Assembly: GCA_965602805.1 (NCBI GenBank)
Contig: CBFCZK010000004.1
Location: 72,549 to 96,548, forward strand
Direction of reading: 5' to 3'
DNA: 24,000 nt
Source of the DNA: an uncultured Thiomicrorhabdus sp.
GTDB taxonomy: Bacteria; Pseudomonadota; Gammaproteobacteria; Thiomicrospirales; Thiomicrospiraceae
Shown: positions 1 to 7,069 of the stretch, in pieces
Position numbering within the stretch: position 1 is the stretch's first letter
How the letters are laid out: every line of letters starts with the position of its first letter
Position numbers and translations under genes: made by a program
Notes under the pieces: generated by a model
What the model was told of the DNA's origin: nothing
Database searches by the model: none
What the model saw: only the letters and a program-made list of their open reading frames with translations

Positions 1-47
1 GCAGAAAATTCCTGAAGGTGCTGTAGTAAAGTTAGTCTAAGTAGACA

Positions 48-107
48 AGCTAACAAGTCGCTCAAGCGGACGGTGCTACGCGCAGCACCTTAGTTTGGTC
101 GTTAGGT
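48..107 (+). repeat. integron attC (59-be) site, 60 bp
   Basis: AGCTAAC ... GTTAGGT (RYYYAAC-like / GTTRRRY) with internal dyad GGTGCT/AGCACC. The pattern CTAACAA-N4-CTCAAGCGGAC...CGCGCAGC...CTTAG...CGTTAG resembles the classical aadA-type attC as I remember it. Confidence 0.7.
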
Positions 108-140
108 ATCAGCATTTGATTTGAGTCAGACGGAGATAAT

Positions 141-710
141 ATGAGTGATTGGGATTTTCTGCATGATATGCATAATGACGGTTATAGCCCCGAGCAAATA
201 GCAGATGCTGCTGCTTGTGGGTATAACCCAGATGAAATTGATGCATCTGCTTGGGGGTATTCCCCTGATGAGTGGCAGCCCATAGATGAAAATGAGCTGC
301 TGACAGAGGTTTCAAGGGTAAATCCTGAGCTGGTGATGATTTTTGAGAGTTTGGTCGACAATGCAAAGTCTTTTTACACACTAACAGACCGTTACCTGCA
401 AATTTGGGGGGAATTAGGAGAGTTATTCGGTGAAATCCATTATGGTATAAAACGCCATAAGCCTCACACAAAAGGTTCTGATGGCAAACTTGGTAATGAT
501 TTCATTGAAATAAAAACCATTTCTCCAGAAAAAGGGCTAGAGAAAGTAAAAGTTAAACGTGCTGGCAACTTTAATAAGTTATTAATAGTCAAAATCAACG
601 AAGACTTTTCTTTTGAAAGCCAACTAATTGCAAGAAAAAATCTACCAAAAGGTGATGGCGTACATGTACGTGCATCGTGGAAAAAGAAGAAGGTTACTAA
701 GAATGCCTAA
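141..710 (+). CDS. cassette-encoded hypothetical protein, 189 aa; possible PD-(D/E)xK-type nuclease fold in the C-terminal half
   Basis: ORF with GGAG 7-10 nt upstream of the ATG. The N-terminus has three GY(S/N)P(D/E)E motifs. The C-terminal half has GSDGKLGNDFIEIKT (D...E-x-K spacing). The stop TAA lies inside the attC inverse core. Confidence 0.75.
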   Translation: MSDWDFLHDMHNDGYSPEQIADAAACGYNPDEIDASAWGYSPDEWQPIDENELLTEVSRVNPELVMIFESLVDNAKSFYTLTDRYLQIWGELGELFGEIHYGIKRHKPHTKGSDGKLGNDFIEIKTISPEKGLEKVKVKRAGNFNKLLIVKINEDFSFESQLIARKNLPKGDGVHVRASWKKKKVTKNA

Positions 711-765
711 CAAAACACTCAAGCCGACTTCGCTAACGCGCAGCCACTTAGCTTAAACGTTAGCA
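705..765 (+). repeat. integron attC (59-be) site, 61 bp
   Basis: GCCTAAC ... GTTAGCA. Aligns along its length with the 48-107 site (CTAACAA..C.CTCAAGC.GAC....GCTA.CGCGCAGC..CTTAG.TT...CGTTAG). Confidence 0.7.
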
Positions 766-804
766 ATTATACAATTGCACCTCTAAAATTATCTGAGAGC
801 AAAA

Positions 805-1431
805 ATGACAACAGAAAAAACTAATAATGGTGAAAAGGATTCAGATGAGCCACTGAAGGATTTGGCTAGCATTCTTAGTAAAGAAGTGTCCTCTTTAAAA
901 AATAATGACCATGTGGTTGAAATTCTTTCTCAGCAACTAGGGCATGAGAAAGCTTCGCAAATTGTTGATGAAATATCTAAGTCAAATAAAAGATATTACC
1001 TCGGCATGTTCTTTTTTGTGTTGATTAATCTTTCATTGATGACTGCGTTAGTTATGATTTTAAAAAATGCTATACCCATGTCAGAGATAATATTCTATTC
1101 TTGGTGGCTTTTATTAATTGGCTTTATATCGATGGCAATTGCTGGCAAGACTATGGATTCATTAAGTACGGTCATCAGTAAGTATGGATTATTTTTCCTC
1201 TATATTGGTGGAGGTAGTGCTTTGTTATTGGCAGGTTTTCTGTTTCTGCAAGGAGATTGGAGTCATATTGAATTAAATCGTTCACCTGGGGGTTTGGCTG
1301 TAATATTGTTTATGCTAATAAAATTAGTTGTAAATATCGGCCCAAATATTTTTGGAGTAGTTTTTGGCCTTATAGGCCTGATGCTAATATCAGGTTTTTA
1401 CGCTGGGGTTAGAAATTTACGAATAAGCTAA
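805..1431 (+). CDS. cassette-encoded integral membrane protein, 208 aa (soluble ~65-aa N-terminus, then ~5 hydrophobic helices)
   Basis: Long ORF with hydrophobic segments (YYLGMFFFVLINLSLMTALVMIL, IIFYSWWLLLIGFISMAIAG, LFFLYIGGGSALLLAGFLFL, LAVILFMLIKLVV, VVFGLIGLMLISGFYAG). The stop TAA lies inside AGCTAAC. Confidence 0.75.
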   Translation: MTTEKTNNGEKDSDEPLKDLASILSKEVSSLKNNDHVVEILSQQLGHEKASQIVDEISKSNKRYYLGMFFFVLINLSLMTALVMILKNAIPMSEIIFYSWWLLLIGFISMAIAGKTMDSLSTVISKYGLFFLYIGGGSALLLAGFLFLQGDWSHIELNRSPGGLAVILFMLIKLVVNIGPNIFGVVFGLIGLMLISGFYAGVRNLRIS

Positions 1432-1472
1432 CAATACTATCTCGTCGAACGCAAAATGCGCTGTTTGATTGT
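1426..1472 (+). repeat. degenerate or truncated attC-like site (array breakpoint)
   Basis: Begins with the same AGCTAACAA as the other attC sites. It then diverges and folds only as a short imperfect hairpin (GAACGC-AAAAT-GCG..). No GTTAG core is present. Confidence 0.25.
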
Positions 1473-1785
1473 GGCGCTTTCTGCTTGTCACGGTAAAGGG
1501 GACGCAAAAGACAATAAAGGCAATGTTTTCAAGGTTCTGTTTTAAAGCCCAACCCTGCAGTCGAGAGGGGCGCTGCTATCAGGGGCTTCCAATTGAGCAA
1601 AATGCATAACAAGTCAATTAACTTTGCGCCTTCGGTGCCGGACGCAACTAGAGCTGCGCCGTTTACCCAGGTATTATGCCAGTCTCTATTTCCTAAATCT
1701 AATTTCAGCATCTCTCCAGCTAAGCTCTCTAGTCCTCTCAGTTTCATCATGCGCCTCAACATCAACTTTAATGATTAAGATCTGA

Positions 1786-1815
1786 GTGTAAATGAAACGA
1801 CCGTTTTGTTTACAC
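1786..1815. promoter_or_regulatory. serine-recombinase crossover-type site (14-2-14 imperfect palindrome)
   Basis: GTGTAAATGAAACG-AC-CGTTTTGTTTACAC: 12 of 14 positions are symmetric around a 2-bp centre. The centre AAACGACCGTTTT resembles the hix/gix core AAACC(A/G)AGGTTTT as I remember it. Located 90 nt upstream of the recombinase gene. Confidence 0.55.
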
Positions 1816-1856
1816 CTTTCTGGTAAGTCTTAAAACACCCAAAAACACTTGTTATT

Positions 1857-1901
1857 GTGTAAATAAATTACGATAATAATTCTATGTAAATAAAAGGTAC
1901 G
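1857..1901 (+). promoter_or_regulatory. two additional direct copies of the recombinase half-site, overlapping the likely promoter/RBS region
   Basis: GTGTAAATAAATTACG (1857-1872) and ATGTAAATAAAAGGTACG (1884-1901) repeat the left half-site GTGTAAATGAAACG. This is reminiscent of accessory res subsites. Confidence 0.4.
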
Positions 1902-1905
1902 TTTT

Positions 1906-2493
1906 ATGATCATAGGATATGCTCGCGTTAGTACACAAGATCAAAATCTTGAACTTCAATTGGATGCACTTGAAAAAGCTGGTTGCGAAGAAACTTTCCA
2001 TGAAAAGATTACAGGGAAGAGTAAAGAGCGCCCTGAACTCAATCTATGTTTTAAAACGCTTAGAAAAGGAGATGTGTTAGTTGTCTGGAAACTAGATAGG
2101 CTCGCACGTTCACTTAAAGATCTTGTTGAGATTCTTTCTGAACTTGAGGACAGGGGGGTTGGATTTCGCTCCCTTACAGAATCGATTGATACGACCTCTC
2201 CTAGTGGGAAATTAATTTTTCATATCTTCGGGGCTTTGGCAGAGTTCGAGCATAGTTTGATACGTGAAAGAACTTTGGCTGGTTTAGCGTCAGCAAGAGC
2301 AAGAGGGCGCAAAGGAGGTCGAAAACCAGCATTGTCTAAAGGCGATGTCCAGAAGGCGGCTGCAATGTTAAAGGATCCCCAAATTACCAAAATGGAAGTG
2401 GCAGAACATTTCAAAGTTAGTCGTTTAACACTCAACAATTCTTTAGCTAGAGAAGGATATGATGGAATGCCTGGAAATTTAAATTATCAGTGA
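1906..2493 (+). CDS. serine recombinase, Gin/Hin/Pin invertase-resolvase family, 195 aa
   Basis: MIIGYARVSTQDQNLELQLDAL...VVWKLDRLARSLKDL...FRSLTESIDTTSPSGKLIFHIFGALAEFEHSLIRERTLAGL...GRKGGRKP, plus a C-terminal HTH. Collinear with Gin/Hin as I remember them. Confidence 0.92.
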   Translation: MIIGYARVSTQDQNLELQLDALEKAGCEETFHEKITGKSKERPELNLCFKTLRKGDVLVVWKLDRLARSLKDLVEILSELEDRGVGFRSLTESIDTTSPSGKLIFHIFGALAEFEHSLIRERTLAGLASARARGRKGGRKPALSKGDVQKAAAMLKDPQITKMEVAEHFKVSRLTLNNSLAREGYDGMPGNLNYQ

Positions 2494-2595
2494 GGGCGAA
2501 CTTTATTCTTTATAGGTTAAAATGCGTAAATAAGCTTTGATTTCAAGAGTTTTAGATTACCGTCAAAAAGAAATACCTTATTAAAAAGGACAAGC

Positions 2596-3273
2596 ATGTC
2601 AGAAGTAGAAGAACAAATTAAAGCAGTTGATAAATTACTTAAAGAGCCTGTTTTTTTGGGGCACGATACCAATACAAAACTTATTCGTGCCCATCTTTTT
2701 CTTGTAAGTGCTTTAGTCTTAATTTATGTCAATTTTGATTTAAAAATAAGTGACGGATTCTCTTTTCTTGGTTTTAAATTTGAGAATCTTCAAGACATAG
2801 ACTTTCAACACATATTGTTGATTTTGCTACTTTATTTAAGCTTTCATTTTATTTGGCTTTCTTGGAATACTTTTAGTGAATGGCGATTGCGTATTACTGG
2901 AACTAAGGTTTCATTTATTACAGGTTCTTCTCTTGAAAGTGAAATGACTGATAATCCTTCAGACCCTAGGCAGTCAACACTTCATAACTATTATGCAACC
3001 TCAATGAAAAAGCATATTCCTCGATTAGATTCATTAATTAATGAAATTAATGAAATTGATAAGCCAGATAAAAAAGATAGTCGTATTGGTGAAATTCAAA
3101 GTTTAATTAAAGAAATTCAAAAATCTAATTTGAGAGTAGAAGCTTCTGTTAAACGGTTCGACAATTGGACAAAGTATTTTCATAAAAGTCAAAATTATGA
3201 ATGGTTGATAATAGAGTTTTTGCTACCTTTGATTTTGGCTTTCATTGCAGTTGTTTCTATATACAAAAGTTGA
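2596..3273 (+). CDS. membrane protein, 225 aa (2 N-terminal TM helices, charged/coiled central region, C-terminal TM helix)
   Basis: Long ORF with AAAAGGA 6 nt upstream of the ATG. Hydrophobic segments LIRAHLFLVSALVLIYV, HILLILLLYLSFHFIWLSW and WLIIEFLLPLILAFIAVVSIY. Confidence 0.75.
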   Translation: MSEVEEQIKAVDKLLKEPVFLGHDTNTKLIRAHLFLVSALVLIYVNFDLKISDGFSFLGFKFENLQDIDFQHILLILLLYLSFHFIWLSWNTFSEWRLRITGTKVSFITGSSLESEMTDNPSDPRQSTLHNYYATSMKKHIPRLDSLINEINEIDKPDKKDSRIGEIQSLIKEIQKSNLRVEASVKRFDNWTKYFHKSQNYEWLIIEFLLPLILAFIAVVSIYKS

Positions 3274-3320
3274 ATAAAGTGGATGCTACTATTTTTAATT
3301 TCCTAACCGAAATCGACCAA

Positions 3321-3346
3321 AAAATTGACCAGGCCTGGTCAATTTT
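3321..3346. promoter_or_regulatory. 26-bp perfect palindrome, candidate operator or tight terminator
   Basis: AAAATTGACCAGG|CCTGGTCAATTTT with no loop. Lies 48 nt after the 225-aa gene and 76 nt before the SMODS gene. Confidence 0.4.
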
Positions 3347-3421
3347 AGAACAAACCAAAGTCTTTAAAAAGGCTTATTACAGAAGATGTTTATTTAAAAC
3401 ACAAGTCAAAAGGAATAAGTT

Positions 3422-4300
3422 GTGTCGATTAGTGAAAAGTTTTCAATTTTTTGTAAAAACCTAAGAATGAGTGATGTAGTTCTTAGAAATGTCAGAGCCC
3501 GAACGAAGAACATTACTAGAAGAATAAATTCGGATATTAGATGTTTAAACTCTGATACAAGATATTCCATGTTTGTGGGCTCATATGGGAGAGGTACAGC
3601 AATTCATACTAGTGATATTGACCTTGTTATTGAATTACCTTACTTGCTATATACAAAATATAATTCATATAGTGGAAATGGTCAGTCTGCACTCTTGCAA
3701 GAAGTAAGAAACACTATTCATAAAACGTATTCTACAACTCATATTAGTGGTGATGGTCAGGTTGTAAAATTGAACTTCACTGATGGGGTTTGCTTCGAGA
3801 TAGTACCCGTTTTTATAAATAAGGATGCTTCAAGTTTTACATACCCTGATACCAATAATGGGGGAAGCTGGAAAATTACCAAACCAAGAGAAGAAATAGC
3901 TGAAATAAATAAAAAAAACAACGAATTTAACAGTAACTTAAAACACCTATCTAGAATGGCAAGGGCTTGGAAAGAAAAGTGGAATGTTCCAATTAATGGA
4001 CTGCTAATAGATACACTGGCTTATAATTTTTTGCTTACCTGGGAATATAGTGACAATGGCTTTATTTTTTATGATTGGATGACAAGGGATTTTTTTGCTT
4101 TTTTACAAAAGCAAAATTCCAATCAAAGTTATTGGCTTGCCCCAGGGAGTAATCAGAAGGTTTTTAGAAAGGGAGTTTTTGAGAATAAAGCATCACGTTG
4201 TTTTGAACTCTCCAAGCAGGCGATTGAGTGTGAAGAAAGCAATATGCCGTATTCGGCAAATCAGAAATGGAAAGAAATTTATGGAACAAGGTTTGGTTAA
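3422..4300 (+). CDS. SMODS/CD-NTase-like nucleotidyltransferase, 292 aa (GTG start)
   Basis: GSYGRGTAIHTSDIDLVIELP (G-S...D-x-D pol-beta NTase signature). A later acidic strand GVCFEIVPVF, then ...W.ITKP... and ARAWKEKW typical of this family. The N-terminus EKFSIFCKNLRMSD fits the usual F-x-x-F-x-x-x-L start. Confidence 0.7.
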   Translation: MSISEKFSIFCKNLRMSDVVLRNVRARTKNITRRINSDIRCLNSDTRYSMFVGSYGRGTAIHTSDIDLVIELPYLLYTKYNSYSGNGQSALLQEVRNTIHKTYSTTHISGDGQVVKLNFTDGVCFEIVPVFINKDASSFTYPDTNNGGSWKITKPREEIAEINKKNNEFNSNLKHLSRMARAWKEKWNVPINGLLIDTLAYNFLLTWEYSDNGFIFYDWMTRDFFAFLQKQNSNQSYWLAPGSNQKVFRKGVFENKASRCFELSKQAIECEESNMPYSANQKWKEIYGTRFG

Positions 4301-4844
4301 TCAGCCATTAGAGCAGCAGATTAGAGAATGTTATGGAAGAGTTGTTTGGGCGCATAAGGTTCATGAAAAGTGTGCTGATTTGTTAAACAAAAAACTAGAT
4401 CGTATCAAATTTTGGCAAATCATTCTGTCCGCTATAATTACCACCGGCATTCTCATTTCTGTTTTTGGAGATTCTGTAGAGGTTGGAATAGCGGCCGCTC
4501 TCATCTCTTTTGCTCTTACAGTGCTTAACACCTATGTGAAGCAATATAATTTAGGAGAAACTGCACAGAAGCACTCAGATGCAGCAATATCTATTTGGAG
4601 TATTAGGGAGTCTTATTTATCGCTGTTAACTGACATTAATTCAGGCGAAATTAGTCAAGTTGACGCTAGAAAATTACGTGACTCTCTACAAACAAAGTTA
4701 GAAGATATTTACCGAGGCTCGCCTAGAACAAATGATAAAGCATATAAAGAGACATCAAAGGCTCTAAATAAACTTGATGAAATGACTTTTAGTGATGAGG
4801 AAATTGATAAGTTCCTCCCATCAGGATTGAGAAGAAGTAAATAA
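4281..4844 (+). CDS. SLATT-like 2-TM effector protein, 187 aa
   Basis: Start ATG at 4281 overlaps the NTase gene by 20 nt. Helical N-terminus (YGRVVWAHKVHEKCADLL). Two adjacent TM helices (FWQIILSAIITTGILISVFG, VGIAAALISFALTVLNTYV), then a helical tail. This is the architecture described for SMODS-associated SLATT domains. Confidence 0.6.
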   Translation: MEQGLVNQPLEQQIRECYGRVVWAHKVHEKCADLLNKKLDRIKFWQIILSAIITTGILISVFGDSVEVGIAAALISFALTVLNTYVKQYNLGETAQKHSDAAISIWSIRESYLSLLTDINSGEISQVDARKLRDSLQTKLEDIYRGSPRTNDKAYKETSKALNKLDEMTFSDEEIDKFLPSGLRRSK

Positions 4845-5231
4845 GTGGCAACTCAATCCGAACAAACCCTCGAAATTAATCTAGTCCAACAGTTAGCCAA
4901 TCAAGGCTATGATTCTGTTGTGATTGAAAATGAAGCCGACCTGTTAGCCAATCTTAAACGCTAGTTAGAAAAACACAATATAACTGTTTTTTCGGATAGC
5001 GAATTTGGGAAAATCCTTAACCACCTCAATAAAGGTAATGTATTCGAACGAGCGCAGACGTTACGCGATAAGGTCAAAAAACTTATTTAAAGCTACTTGT
5101 TTACTGAGAAACGGCCTTATCTTGATGACGTTGTTGATACTATGAAGACTAAACCGTAAGAATATTTCTCAGCGAGTGCTAGACAAAATTCTGGATTACA
5201 TAAGACGTTTGTAGATGAGGCTCCTGAATGA
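4845..5231 (+). pseudogene. hsdR: type I restriction enzyme R subunit relic (N-terminal ~80 codons fused to C-terminal ~40 codons; in-frame stop and frameshifts)
   Basis: (V)ATQSEQTLEINLVQQLANQGYDSVVIENEADLLANLKR*LEKHNITVFSDSEFGKILNHLNKGNVFERAQTLRDKV is a typical HsdR N-terminus with TAG at 4962-4964. RPYLDDVVDTMKTKP / RKNISQRVLDKILDYI / TFVDE are spread over two frames, like an HsdR C-terminus. Confidence 0.75.
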
Positions 5232-5238
5232 TTTGTAA

Positions 5239-5270
5239 AAGCCCAATTCAGGGCTTCTACAGTTTTTGTT
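5239..5270. terminator. bidirectional rho-independent terminator
   Basis: AAGCCC-aattca-GGGCTT, followed by a T-run on the plus strand (agtttttgtt) and by TTTT on the minus strand. Sits between convergent genes. Confidence 0.55.
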
Positions 5271-5271
5271 A

Positions 5272-5763
5272 TTAGTGGCGAGTTTTATCTGTTCCAACTA
5301 TTTCTTTTGCGTTGTCTAAAAAGTCACTATCAGGGTTTATATGCAACAACTTCTTTGGATCAAAGATATCCAGAATCGTTGGTTTTGTGTATTCAAATCC
5401 AGATAGTTTCTTGATGTATTTAAACTTAGCGAAAGTTGTGTAATGCCGGTATAAATCAAGGTTGACGACTAATTCTTCGACAGGAATTTCAACACCTCTA
5501 TTCCGCTTTGGATTTTGCTGAAGAAGTTGCTCACCTTTTATAATGGATATTATGAAGATTAATATTTCAAAAACTTTGTCATTTGGATTTTCTTCTTCAA
5601 AATATAGATCAAAGCATAGACTTACTTGAGTAAGAAGCGAGGAGGATAAGTTGTGAGGCAGTATAGCTTCGGGACCATTTTTCTTTATATGGGTGATTAG
5701 ATTTCGCTTAAGTTCTTCAGTAAATTTTCTAATTTTTGTTGGGGAGTTTAAATTGTTTTTCAT
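5272..5763 (-). CDS. hypothetical protein, 163 aa
   Basis: Long ORF, last gene of the minus-strand operon. No motif recognised. Confidence 0.65.
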   Translation of the reverse strand: MKNNLNSPTKIRKFTEELKRNLITHIKKNGPEAILPHNLSSSLLTQVSLCFDLYFEEENPNDKVFEILIFIISIIKGEQLLQQNPKRNRGVEIPVEELVVNLDLYRHYTTFAKFKYIKKLSGFEYTKPTILDIFDPKKLLHINPDSDFLDNAKEIVGTDKTRH

Positions 5764-5795
5764 TTGTGATGTCCTTTTAGAATTTTTAAAAAATG

Positions 5796-6134
5796 TTATT
5801 TGAATTTGTTGCTTAGTAGTGGTTTTCGACCCCCATTTATGTTGGGTTTTTTGTGCTTAGGATTGGGTAAATATGGTTCCCAGCTATGCCACTTACCGAG
5901 GCAAGAGGCTATCACTCTTATGGTTAACCAGTAGTCGTATAGAGTTGAAATGGTTAATTCTCTTTTTAGAGCGTCTACGGTCCATTGAAAATGCTTTACT
6001 CGCCATTTATATGGGGAGTTGATAGAAAACTGCTCATCAATCATATCGGCGAGTCTTTCACCTCTCTGGATGTGTTTCTGTATTGATATAGTGGATCCTG
6101 GTGTACTTTTTTTTAGTAGTAATGCAATGCTCAT
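5796..6134 (-). CDS. hypothetical protein, 112 aa (possibly SAM-like / integrase N-terminal-like helical domain)
   Basis: ATGA start/stop overlap (6131-6134) with the upstream recombinase gene. KWRVKHFQWTVDALKRELTISTLYDYWLTIRVIASCLGKW is helical and Trp-rich. Confidence 0.65.
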   Translation of the reverse strand: MSIALLLKKSTPGSTISIQKHIQRGERLADMIDEQFSINSPYKWRVKHFQWTVDALKRELTISTLYDYWLTIRVIASCLGKWHSWEPYLPNPKHKKPNINGGRKPLLSNKFK

Positions 6135-7069
6135 TTTCTTCCTCCAATATATTCACTTAAAACATCAATTCGTCCATGACCTAATTCATTCGCAATCTGT
6201 AATCGGGCTTCATAATCTACTTCACGATTCTCGATGGGAAAGCCAAATACGGATGCCTTATGCCCGGTTATTTCTTGGTAACGTTCACAGGCATAAGCAG
6301 CACGTAATTCATGAAAGCCAGGTATGCCATGCTCTTTAAGGATTTCTCGACATTCTCTTAGTTCGCCTTCTTTCCAATGAGACCAGCTACAACCAATTGG
6401 TATAAGGTTTGAAGCGTTTCTTTGAATTAGAGATGAGTTTTGCAAAGCTTGAATTTGACTCTCATGAAGAATCTTTAACTTCCTGGTTAGTCCTCCTTTA
6501 GTTCCTGATGAGATTGTTATTTCTGATGATTGAGAAAACTCTCTCAAAGCTTTTTTTGGATTGATGAGAAAGGATTCTTTTGATCTTAATCCGAGTTCAC
6601 GTGCTAGTTGTGCAGCGCATGCACCACGAACAAGTCCTTTTAAATTCATCTCTAAAATAGCCTGTGAAAGAAGGTCTTTGTCGATAATAGGGGGAATCTC
6701 TCTAATGGTTGATCGCTCTCCAATCCATTTACTAGGCGATATGTAAAGATCTCGTTTGCCTTTTAAAGCTTCTAATGTCGTGTTTACGCTTGAAAGTAGG
6801 TTCTGGCCATATGCAACAGCAACTTCACCCAATGCGGCGCGTCTAGCAACGTAAGAGGCGTAGCTTTCAATGTGGTCAATATCTATTTTTGCGACATCGC
6901 TAATATTGAGAGAGTTTTTGGAAAACTCAACGAATTGATTCCATCTGCTTGAGTGCGACGCAACCGTCGCATAATGGCCTTGTCCATAAAGGTTGCGTAG
7001 GGCATTTTTGCCTGCAAACGACATCTGCTTTCCCCATCCCAGATTTAATTTTGAATTACACTTTTTCAT
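6131..7069 (-). CDS. tyrosine recombinase, Integrase_1-like family, 312 aa
   Basis: Start chosen at ATG 7069 (GGAG 6 nt upstream). Catalytic pattern in order: GLRSKES (R), TKGGLTRK (K), HELRAAYA (H-x-x-R), LGHGRIDVLSEYI (H...Y). Confidence 0.75.
   Translation of the reverse strand: MKKCNSKLNLGWGKQMSFAGKNALRNLYGQGHYATVASHSSRWNQFVEFSKNSLNISDVAKIDIDHIESYASYVARRAALGEVAVAYGQNLLSSVNTTLEALKGKRDLYISPSKWIGERSTIREIPPIIDKDLLSQAILEMNLKGLVRGACAAQLARELGLRSKESFLINPKKALREFSQSSEITISSGTKGGLTRKLKILHESQIQALQNSSLIQRNASNLIPIGCSWSHWKEGELRECREILKEHGIPGFHELRAAYACERYQEITGHKASVFGFPIENREVDYEARLQIANELGHGRIDVLSEYIGGRK

Larger units (their letters stand above)
1..1472 (+). mobile_element. fragment of an integron gene-cassette array (two complete cassettes; intI would lie upstream, outside the window)
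   Basis: Two compact ORF+attC units of ~660 and ~700 bp. The stop codons of the ORFs ending at 710 and 1431 are embedded in the CTAAC inverse core. ORF starts lie 34-40 nt after each GTTAG core. Confidence 0.65.

Noticed and set aside
1499-1535. GGGGACGCAAAAGACAATAAAGGCAATGTTTTCAAGG as a Tn3-family terminal inverted repeat, with a possible partner at 12746-12780
   Set aside because: Position-by-position comparison of the two candidates gives only ~16 of 37 matches. No transposase gene is present. The resemblance to known Tn3-family IRs is limited to the GGGG start.
1529-1778. 78-aa (-) and 61-aa (+) ORFs in the GC-rich patch
   Set aside because: They overlap each other and have no SD and no recognisable motif. 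The interval is kept as a finding but not called as CDS.
4095-4280. N-terminal extension of the SLATT ORF given in the ORF track (start 4095)
   Set aside because: This stretch lies inside the NTase gene in another frame, and its peptide looks like out-of-frame noise. The ATG at 4281 gives a typical short coupled overlap and the expected domain start.
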